In this document: positions 53,887-61,720 of the stretch, in pieces
Layout: every line of letters starts with the position of its first letter
How positions within the stretch are numbered: position 1 is the first letter of the stretch
Source: a bacterium
GTDB taxonomy: Bacteria; Spirochaetota; Spirochaetia; Treponematales; UBA12059
Length of the DNA stretch: 64,000 nt
NCBI GenBank assembly: GCA_035530295.1
Contig: DATKVB010000011.1
Location: forward strand, 65,169 to 129,168
Reading direction: 5' to 3'
Translations under genes and position numbers: made by a program
Notes under the pieces: generated by a model
Database searches by the model: none
The model's input: only the letters and a program-made list of their open reading frames with translations
Told to the model about the DNA's origin: nothing

Positions 53887-55955
53887 GTCGATGGCGCGAC
53901 GGCCTGATAGTCGATCGTGAGGATACCCTGATCGGAGCGGCCAAGCGATGGCTCGGGCCTGTAAAGACTCCGTTCAACAAGCATGAACTTATCGCAAGGC
54001 TCGAGGCATTCCTGCGCAAGGCCTCCACGGCTGACGCCATCGTCGGGCTGATGGATCGCGTCGACCGGCGTCTTGTCGCGCTGGTGCTCTACTCAGGGCG
54101 CCGCCCCGGAGATGGTCTGCCTACGACACACCTGGTAGCGCTCGCGGCGGACGAGCGCTCTGGAGAAGGCGCGGCGGCGCGGCGCATCCGCAGCCTGAGA
54201 GACCGGCTTATTCTCTATGAGTACCGGGATGCGCACGGCATGGACATGCTCGCCATTGCGCCGCCGCTGCTTCCAAAAATAGAGGCGGCACTCGAGCCAT
54301 CGGACGCGCTGACGACCATTCACCCCGCGGCCGAACCCGATGCGCCAGACCCCTTCGCCAATTTCTGCGCGGTAGTCTCGGCATGCTCACATTCCAAGCC
54401 GGCATTCAAGGGCCGGCGTGAACCAAGCAAGAAGGTGCTGGAGATTCTGGCCTCTGCCGCGCCGACGCTTGCCGCCGATCGGGACAAGCTCAACGCGACC
54501 ATCGGGGTGCTTGAATCCGCCGGCGTATTCAGGCAGGGTGACGAGGGAAGGCCCGTCGTAGATCCTCGCCGCTTCGTCATACTATGCGAGGCGGCCGGAG
54601 CGGCCGCGCCGTTAGCGATCGCGGCAAGCGTCCTCGTTTCCGAATCCGTTGGGCCGGAGCTGGCGCCAGGATTGCTCAGGGCGGCCCTCGAAGCCTTGCC
54701 ACGGTCCGCGGCTATCGGGACTGTTGACGTCAGGCGCATTGTCGCCATGGCGGTGATGCGGCACATCCTGGCGCACAGCGCCGCCGGCGGTTCCGTGATC
54801 GTAGCCGCGCTTTCATTTCGGCTGGATGAGCTGACCGAGACAATCATATCTTTGCTCGGTGCTCTTGGCGCCGTGATTACCGGCTCCGATGGCCTGGTTC
54901 ACTCCACGCCGGCCATCGACTTCATGCTCGCAAAGCGGCAGCAGGTTGCGCGTTGCGTCGTCATTGAGGAATCGCACGAACTGAAGATCCTGCCGGAGGC
55001 GGGGCCGGCGACTCGAGCCTTCGTCGCCTCTGTTGCCAGACTCGATCGAACCGGCCTGGTCTGGTCGGCGGTGCTCGACAAGTCGGCGGCCAAGGCGGGA
55101 TATGCCTACGGTTTCAGGGCCTCCGAGCTGAGGCAACGCCTCGAGGATCTATCGGGCGCCCCATTGCCGCAGAGCGTTGCTTTTTCTCTCGATGCGTGGG
55201 AGTCGGAGGCCAGGTCGGCCAGGGTACGTGTAGGGGTCGTTGTCGCGCTCGATGGCCACCTGTCTGGCGTGCTCGAACACTCGCCGAAGGCCGCGGGCAT
55301 CGTGCTGGAACGACTGGCTGAAGGCGTGTACATGCTGGCGGCGCGCAATGCGACCGAAGCGGAGCACATGCTTCGGAGCGCAGGCATCGACGTGGATATC
55401 AGGCCATCCACACCCGGGCTCGATGACGAAACGATGACACATGCCTTGTGGAGCGCGGCTGGTTCGGCACTGATGTCCGATGCGTCAAACCCGGCACTTG
55501 CGTTCCTGCCGCAACGAACTACACTGATAGCAGCTGATCCTCCGCTGGTAGCCAGCCTGCTTGCGCGTCTTGAGGAGCTCGACTTGCCGCCTGACGAAAA
55601 GGCGGACCTTGCGGACAGGATCAAGTCACGGCTGGTGCTCGACGAGGATCAGCTGCGGCGTCCCAGCGCTGACGGCGATGGCCTGGTCATAGGGGCGATG
55701 GACTATCCTGGCAAGCTCAGGCTGATTGAACGGGCAATGAAAGAAGGCTCCACGGTCGATATCGCCTACATCGACGATCAGGGAGCGCAGGCGAGCGCCG
55801 TCGGGGTTCCGCGGGAGGTGCGCAGGGCACCTGGCGGCACCATGATCACGGTCTATGTCGGCGGCGGAGTGCCTGTCGTCATACCGGCGAGCACCATAGG
55901 CAAGGTGCGTTTGCTTAGAAACAGCATATTTGGAGAACAGCATGAGCATGAATAA
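53868..55955 (+). CDS. XPB-associated protein (helicase-associated, function unknown)
   Basis: 695-aa ORF with a GGGAGGAG RBS and a 19-nt overlap with the XPB gene. No catalytic motif seen. Large proteins of this kind flank bacterial XPB genes, from memory. Confidence 0.55.
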   Translation: MGPDELSRWRDGLIVDREDTLIGAAKRWLGPVKTPFNKHELIARLEAFLRKASTADAIVGLMDRVDRRLVALVLYSGRRPGDGLPTTHLVALAADERSGEGAAARRIRSLRDRLILYEYRDAHGMDMLAIAPPLLPKIEAALEPSDALTTIHPAAEPDAPDPFANFCAVVSACSHSKPAFKGRREPSKKVLEILASAAPTLAADRDKLNATIGVLESAGVFRQGDEGRPVVDPRRFVILCEAAGAAAPLAIAASVLVSESVGPELAPGLLRAALEALPRSAAIGTVDVRRIVAMAVMRHILAHSAAGGSVIVAALSFRLDELTETIISLLGALGAVITGSDGLVHSTPAIDFMLAKRQQVARCVVIEESHELKILPEAGPATRAFVASVARLDRTGLVWSAVLDKSAAKAGYAYGFRASELRQRLEDLSGAPLPQSVAFSLDAWESEARSARVRVGVVVALDGHLSGVLEHSPKAAGIVLERLAEGVYMLAARNATEAEHMLRSAGIDVDIRPSTPGLDDETMTHALWSAAGSALMSDASNPALAFLPQRTTLIAADPPLVASLLARLEELDLPPDEKADLADRIKSRLVLDEDQLRRPSADGDGLVIGAMDYPGKLRLIERAMKEGSTVDIAYIDDQGAQASAVGVPREVRRAPGGTMITVYVGGGVPVVIPASTIGKVRLLRNSIFGEQHEHE

Positions 55956-56712
55956 GGATTATGACGCCGGGCAGCTGAAGCTGGCCGTATTGATTGACGC
56001 TGACAACACGCAGGCGCCAATCACCGAAGGGTTGCTGGCAGAGGTGGCCAAGTATGGCGTGGCCAGTGTCAAGCGCATATACGGCGACTGGACGACCAAC
56101 AACCTCAAACACTGGAAAGACAGGTTGCTTGAGTACGCCATCCAGCCGATACAGCAGTTCTCGTATACAACCGGAAAGAACGCCACCGACAGCGCGATGA
56201 TCATCGACGCCATGGACCTGTTGTATACCGAAAAACTCGACGGGTTCTGCATCGTGTCAAGCGATTCGGATTTTACGAGGCTTGCGGCACGCATGCGCGA
56301 AGCGGGCAAGCTGGTGCTTGGCTTCGGTGAGCGCAAGACACCCAAGCCTTTTGTAGCCGCCTGCGACAAGTTTATTTACACAGAAATTCTGCGCGAACCG
56401 GCGGAGGAAGAGACCTCATCGAAGGATGAGCCCAAGCGAAAGCCGCCAGCCCAGGATCTGAAGATAGACAAGAAGCTCAAGGCGCTGCTTGGTGATGCCG
56501 TCGAGGATTCAGCCGATGAGTCAGGCTGGGCATACCTGGGGCCGGTTGGTCAGTATGTCGCAAACCGCCAGCCTGATTTTGACCCGCGCAACTACGGATA
56601 CCGGAAGCTGGCGGAGCTGATCAAGTCGTGTGGGTGGTTTGATGTGGAAGAGCGCTCCAGTCCCACCGATACGGGCAAGCAGATATACATTCGCAAACGG
56701 CCTGGACGCTGA
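55942..56712 (+). CDS. NYN-domain (PIN-like nuclease) protein with C-terminal OST-HTH/LOTUS domain
   Basis: 'LAVLIDADN' and 'IVSSDSDFTRLA' acidic motifs, with C-terminal 'GWAYLGPVGQYV...YGYRKLAELI'. GGAG RBS and a 14-nt overlap with the upstream gene. Confidence 0.8.
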   Translation: MSMNKDYDAGQLKLAVLIDADNTQAPITEGLLAEVAKYGVASVKRIYGDWTTNNLKHWKDRLLEYAIQPIQQFSYTTGKNATDSAMIIDAMDLLYTEKLDGFCIVSSDSDFTRLAARMREAGKLVLGFGERKTPKPFVAACDKFIYTEILREPAEEETSSKDEPKRKPPAQDLKIDKKLKALLGDAVEDSADESGWAYLGPVGQYVANRQPDFDPRNYGYRKLAELIKSCGWFDVEERSSPTDTGKQIYIRKRPGR

Positions 56713-56739
56713 CAATAGAAACGCGCCCATCGAGGCGCT

Positions 56740-58704
56740 TCAGTAGAAAGCGGGAATCAGATCGATGACCACGCACTCCAGGTAGCCAAGGTCGATTTCG
56801 GCCATGCGCCTCGCCTCGATGCCAATGCCTACGGAATCGGGCAGCCGGTACGCCCGGCCTTCCAGATCACCCCAGGATTGGTCTATCTGTATCTGGATGC
56901 GTCCCGGGGCCTGTCCTTCCGCTGTCTCCAGCGACACGACGACTATCAGGAGACGCGAGCGGCTTTCACCATGTATCTGCCACCATGCATAACTAGCCTC
57001 GACATGACGCTCGTCTATTATCGCCGCGTCGATGAACGGCTTGAGGCGGGCGTAGAGTCGCTCTATCGAGGCATACCCCGCAGCAAAGTCGTCATCGTCT
57101 GCCCAATCCAGCCCACGCATCGAGAGTCCGGCCTCGTACAAGCCGGTCGAACCATCCTGAAAACCCATAGTCTCGAACATGGGGCGGCGCCCCGCGCCTA
57201 CCGACGCGAAGCGCGCGACACCATGCCTGAGCCGCATTCGTTCCGCGCCCATCACGCGCCACATCGGCGAACCCCACAGCCTGGGCGCTCCCGACTCGGG
57301 CACATCGATGGCAAAACAAACGGAAGCCGGCCTCGATTCGCGCGAACGCGTTGTCAGGAAATCATACAGGTTCAGCGTGTCCTGGATGAGGGGAGCGTCT
57401 ATTCTGCGCAGCGCGTCGCTACCGATCGTTAGATCGAATCCGAGCGCGGCGTACTCGTCAATTTCCGCCGCCTTGCGAGCAGTGACCGCGGCGACGCCTG
57501 GAGCGCCCTCGCGCGATGCCTCGATGGCCGCGCTGACCACTTCCTGGGTCGGCCTGTCTGATATGGGTACAGTGCCTGCCTCGTCGTGGCTTTCCTCGAA
57601 TATCCGGTCAACTGTGTTGTAGCGTATAAAATCGAAGCCGAACGCATCCCGCCAATAAGTGAAGATGTGAGCGTAGTAATCAATGGCGTCCTGATTGCGA
57701 TGAACGGGTGCGGTAGGCTCGGCATTTGGCGGTATGTCGTCGTAGAACGCGAAAGGCGCAACCACGCCGTAGGCATCGGCGCTGACATCGAGGCCGTTCT
57801 CATCACGATACGCGAAGACCGGAAAATCGTCGCTGCGGTCATAGCGCAGGAACGATGGAATGCCGACGCCGTTCCTGGCGTTGGCCGGCACCGGCCACAG
57901 GCCATGATCCGCACACAGTCGTATCGCAGAATAGTATGCCTTGTCCTTGGCAAGCAGCGTCTCCGGTGTGTCATCCTCATGCTTTCTGAAGGTCGAGACG
58001 CCATAATCCATCTTGGCCAGAGCGGCGAGCGACGCTACGGCCTCGGCGTCGCGAAGCCTATCCTCGCGGCGATATGGAAACGCAGGGTCGGCATGGGCAA
58101 GCCCGGTTCGGCTGTCATCGAGGGCAACCCAGCGGAACAACTGGGGTCGCTCCATCGCTATGCGGCTGAACTGCGAGACATAAGGCAACAGCTCGTACCC
58201 CACGGACTTGCCGAGAAGCCGGCACGCGGATATCAGGGCGCGCAACTGGTTGGCGGGGCTGATTCCCGCCGCCGTCAGATCCGGGTCGACAAGTGATGTG
58301 TCAACGATGGTTACCGTTTCCGGCGCATAGAGCAGATCGAACTGGACAGGATGAAATGGCGCCAGCAGTATGGCGCCCGACGTGATGGCCGGCAGCAACT
58401 TGGCAGCACGGACAAAGGTGCCGGGCATGGAATCGACGGCGCAGGCACGCACGTTGACCCAGCACAGATCCGAGGCCAGAATCCATGTGGGGTCCGGGTC
58501 GGTGGCATGGGGATGCGCTGGCGAACGTTCGCGTTCCAGCATCGCATAGAGGGCTGCCATGGCGCTGTCGCTCGCCTTGAGCAACGATGTCTGGGTCCTG
58601 ACTATCGGCACACTGTCGCGAACCTCGGCAAGCAGCTGCTCGGCATACGCTCTATCGTCATGATCGGGTGAGAGCACCCGCTCAATATCGTTCCAGATTG
58701 GCAT
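56740..58704 (-). CDS. hypothetical protein (about 654 aa), remotely alpha-amylase-family-like
   Basis: The only hint is 'FGFDFIRYNTVD', which resembles GH13 region II but has Asn where the nucleophile Asp sits. ATG lies 8 nt after the upstream stop. Confidence 0.3.
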   Translation of the reverse strand: MPIWNDIERVLSPDHDDRAYAEQLLAEVRDSVPIVRTQTSLLKASDSAMAALYAMLERERSPAHPHATDPDPTWILASDLCWVNVRACAVDSMPGTFVRAAKLLPAITSGAILLAPFHPVQFDLLYAPETVTIVDTSLVDPDLTAAGISPANQLRALISACRLLGKSVGYELLPYVSQFSRIAMERPQLFRWVALDDSRTGLAHADPAFPYRREDRLRDAEAVASLAALAKMDYGVSTFRKHEDDTPETLLAKDKAYYSAIRLCADHGLWPVPANARNGVGIPSFLRYDRSDDFPVFAYRDENGLDVSADAYGVVAPFAFYDDIPPNAEPTAPVHRNQDAIDYYAHIFTYWRDAFGFDFIRYNTVDRIFEESHDEAGTVPISDRPTQEVVSAAIEASREGAPGVAAVTARKAAEIDEYAALGFDLTIGSDALRRIDAPLIQDTLNLYDFLTTRSRESRPASVCFAIDVPESGAPRLWGSPMWRVMGAERMRLRHGVARFASVGAGRRPMFETMGFQDGSTGLYEAGLSMRGLDWADDDDFAAGYASIERLYARLKPFIDAAIIDERHVEASYAWWQIHGESRSRLLIVVVSLETAEGQAPGRIQIQIDQSWGDLEGRAYRLPDSVGIGIEARRMAEIDLGYLECVVIDLIPAFY

Positions 58705-58711
58705 AGCTCCA

Positions 58712-59767
58712 CTATAACCCGCGGGATCGTGAACTGTGAAGCGATTCCGCTCGATGCTTGCCGTCTGGTCCGCGGTATGGGTTTCTCGAATTCTTCTGAT
58801 ACGCCTTGTACGCGGCACAGGCCTCATAGTACCCGTCGGGTCCGCGGAACGTTGATAATTCGTCACAGCGATACAGCTCCAGCAGTGTGGGGAACAGCGG
58901 ATTGTCCAGTATGCCGCCCAGGCTCGATGGAGGTACCCGTGGCAGCGCCGCTGGAAGCATGTGATACCGGACCAGAAAGGCTATGCTTTCTATCAACGCG
59001 CGCGGGTAGCCGAGGCGCCGCATGAAACTGCGCGCTGTCTGCTCGCCTAGTTCGGAGTGCTGGTCGAATCTGCGGCCACCGGAGGCGACCGCATCGGGCT
59101 TGCCGGTATCGTGGAGGAGCAGCCCAAGCGATAGTATCAGGTCAGGGTTTTTGCGGTGGGCAAAGGTCTCCATCGTATGACGCCACGCGTCGCCTTCGGG
59201 ATGAAACTCCTTGGAGTGGGTAACACCGATCAGATCCCCGAGTTCTGGCCAGTACTCCCTGATGAAGCCAGAGGCTTCCAGCAATTCAAGGCCCTTGTCC
59301 GGACGCGCGCCGGTCAGTACAAGATCCAGCAAGTCGCGCTGATAATCGGTCCCCAGATCATGTGGCGGAGCGGGTATGTGCAGACTGTCAGGCTTATACG
59401 CGTAGCGTGAGGCGAGCACCGCCGCCTCGAAAATGACGAGGTCCGGCAAGGCCTGTTCAGGGATGATCACTTCATCGGCCAGGTGTTCGTAGACGCCTCC
59501 TCTGGCGTCATAGGCGTTCTTTCCGGGCAAGCGGCTCAGCCTGGTCTGCATGAACGCGGTCCGTGGCCCGCCATCGAGACATCGATACCGCATCCGCAGA
59601 CCGGCGGCCTCATCGTCGACTATGGCGTCGGCATACGGCAAGCCCGGAAAGGCCAGGTTGTCTACCTGTTTGGCGAGATCGACGAGGTCGCCATCAAAGG
59701 AATCGAAGCGTATCGGAGCCGGCGCGATACCGAAATAGGCATCGAGCGCGGAGAATGAGCAATCCAC
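58712..59767 (-). CDS. HD-domain protein, CCA-adding enzyme/poly(A) polymerase-like without an obvious nucleotidyltransferase head
   Basis: 'FHPEGDAWRHT' and 'LLLHDTGKPD' HD motifs, preceded by 'GLELLEASGFIREYWPEL'. No GG..R/DxD head motif was seen. Confidence 0.6.
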   Translation of the reverse strand: MDCSFSALDAYFGIAPAPIRFDSFDGDLVDLAKQVDNLAFPGLPYADAIVDDEAAGLRMRYRCLDGGPRTAFMQTRLSRLPGKNAYDARGGVYEHLADEVIIPEQALPDLVIFEAAVLASRYAYKPDSLHIPAPPHDLGTDYQRDLLDLVLTGARPDKGLELLEASGFIREYWPELGDLIGVTHSKEFHPEGDAWRHTMETFAHRKNPDLILSLGLLLHDTGKPDAVASGGRRFDQHSELGEQTARSFMRRLGYPRALIESIAFLVRYHMLPAALPRVPPSSLGGILDNPLFPTLLELYRCDELSTFRGPDGYYEACAAYKAYQKNSRNPYRGPDGKHRAESLHSSRSRGL

Positions 59768-59806
59768 GGAGACCTCCGTTTCCGGATACGCTGAATGGAG
59801 AAAGCG

Positions 59807-60115
59807 CTAGCGGACCGCTGGGACTGGAGCGTCGTACAGCTCGTCGGCCGCGGGCAGCGACACCCGCAGGTCCCTGAGGAACTCCGGGCCGTCACCCATG
59901 TCCTCATAGGCGTCGCAGGAGTCGAGACTTCTGCGCGCGACGGTACAATATTTATAGAATTTCTCTTCACCAAGCTTCTTGCGCCACTTGCCGGCATCGC
60001 ACCGGACGCGAAGATAGTAGTGGCCAGCGCCGGCCGGGGCGGGAACAAGTTTGCAATGGATGCAGTTCGCGCAGAAGGTCCTGGTTTCGCGTTCGGCTTC
60101 CATGTCCATTGCCAC
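59807..60115 (-). CDS. small Cys-rich hypothetical protein
   Basis: 102-aa ORF with 'CANCIHC' plus three further Cys. It lies 40 nt upstream of the HD gene on the same strand. Confidence 0.45.
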   Translation of the reverse strand: MAMDMEAERETRTFCANCIHCKLVPAPAGAGHYYLRVRCDAGKWRKKLGEEKFYKYCTVARRSLDSCDAYEDMGDGPEFLRDLRVSLPAADELYDAPVPAVR

Positions 60116-60189
60116 CTTTCAGCATATCATAGTATATAATGATCTCCGCGCGGTCAAGGCGCGCGGTACCTGTTCCATCCAACTGCAAA

Positions 60190-60224
60190 GCAAATTTCAA
60201 AAGTAACAGACTTTTGAAATTTGC
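60190..60224. repeat. palindromic hairpin module, copy 2 (15-bp stem, AACAG loop)
   Basis: GCAAATTTCAAAAGT-AACAG-ACTTTTGAAATTTGC. It has the same loop as copy 1, and both stem differences are paired substitutions. Confidence 0.85.
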
Positions 60225-60252
60225 CCACCTATTCTGGATATCGGAGTAATTC

Positions 60253-60969
60253 ATGATCGCCACAATACTGAACGCGCTGGCTATAATCATCGGCACTATC
60301 GTAGGCCTTTTGGCGCACAAGAGCTTCTCGGAGCGCGCCCGCGATGCTGTCTACAACGCAACAGGCGTGATATCGCTGGTCATAGGCTTCAGCATGGCGA
60401 TCAAGACAGAGCACGTGCTGTCGCTGGCATTGAGCATCATCATCGGAGGCCTTATCGGTTCGGCTCTTGACATAGAAGGCGCCATATACCGGCTGGGAGA
60501 ATGGCTCAGGCGCCGGTTCTCCCGTGGCCCGGCAAACCCAGATGAAGCGTCGGGCGCAGGCTTTGCCTATGGCTTCCTGAATGCCAGCGTGCTGTTCTGC
60601 GTGGGAGCGATGGCCATAGTCGGCTCATTCAAAGCTGGCACAGAGGGCAACTACGATCTGATCCTGACCAAGAGCGTCATGGACGGGTTCATCGCCATCA
60701 TGTTTGCCGGTGCCATGGGCATGGGCGTAGGTTTTTCGGCGATATCGGTATTGATCTATCAGGGTGCCCTGACTCTAGCCTCATCCTGGGTCAAGCCCTA
60801 TGTTACCCCGGCGATGATAGGCGAGCTTTCCGCCGTTGGCGGGGCTCTTGTCGTCATGATAGGCATCAATCTACTGGGCCTCAAGAAGATACGCACCGGC
60901 GACTTCCTGCCGGCGCTGGTCATTATCGTTGCGCTGTCGCTGGTATTCAGGTATATTCCTATCCTGTAG
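60253..60969 (+). CDS. DUF554 (YdfK/YqgA-like) membrane protein
   Basis: 'MIATILNALAIIIGTIVG', 'NASVLFCVGAMAIVGS' and 'KSVMDGF'. Confidence 0.8.
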   Translation: MIATILNALAIIIGTIVGLLAHKSFSERARDAVYNATGVISLVIGFSMAIKTEHVLSLALSIIIGGLIGSALDIEGAIYRLGEWLRRRFSRGPANPDEASGAGFAYGFLNASVLFCVGAMAIVGSFKAGTEGNYDLILTKSVMDGFIAIMFAGAMGMGVGFSAISVLIYQGALTLASSWVKPYVTPAMIGELSAVGGALVVMIGINLLGLKKIRTGDFLPALVIIVALSLVFRYIPIL

Positions 60970-60979
60970 TCTGTTGTAC

Positions 60980-61720
60980 ATGGGGGAATCTGTGTCCGAG
61001 TCTGTGATTCTGATAGTCGAGGATGAGTCGCTCGTCGGGATGGAACTCAAGGAGACGCTTGAGAAGTACGGGTATCGCATTCCCGCCCTGATAAAGCGGG
61101 GCGAGGATGTACCCGAGGCGATCATCATCCACAAGCCCGACCTCATTCTGATGGACATACGGCTCAAAGGCTTTCAGGACGGCATAGAAACGGCGTACTT
61201 GGTAGGTGGCGAGTTCGAGGTGCCGTTCGTATTCCTCTCAGCGTACTCCGACGACGAGACGCTGTCGCGGGCACTGGGGACTCGCGCGTATGGATACCTG
61301 GTCAAACCATTCGACGAAAAGACACTCAGGACGACCATAGAACTGGCGCTCCGGCGATCCAAGGAATTCCGGGAGCGTGATCATGACAACTGGTATCGCG
61401 GTATTCTGGAACGCTTTCCCCGGGCCATATTCCTGACTGATGTCTATGGACGCATCACCTTTGCGAACAACGCCGCCAGAACGGCATTCGAGACTCAGGA
61501 AGGTGGCAAGGTCGGTACGGCGATACATCTGCTGTTTGCCGAGCCGGCGCTGGTTACCGAGCTCCTGGGGGCCGCCGGCGCGCTCAAGCCTGCGCAGCCA
61601 GCGGCGGAGCGCGTCATGCGCCTGAAGACGGGCAGTGGCTCTGTCAGGCTTGAGGTGGGGGCCATCCGCAACGGCGATGACCTTGCCACCGGATTCGTTA
61701 TCCTGAGCGGAGCCGCCTGA
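60980..61720 (+). CDS. response regulator, REC plus PAS-like domain
   Basis: 'ILIVEDE', phospho-acceptor 'LILMDIRL' and 'YLVKPF'. The C-terminus 'FLTDVYGRITFANNAA' is PAS-like. The ORF is open from 60929. Confidence 0.8.
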   Translation: MGESVSESVILIVEDESLVGMELKETLEKYGYRIPALIKRGEDVPEAIIIHKPDLILMDIRLKGFQDGIETAYLVGGEFEVPFVFLSAYSDDETLSRALGTRAYGYLVKPFDEKTLRTTIELALRRSKEFRERDHDNWYRGILERFPRAIFLTDVYGRITFANNAARTAFETQEGGKVGTAIHLLFAEPALVTELLGAAGALKPAQPAAERVMRLKTGSGSVRLEVGAIRNGDDLATGFVILSGAA

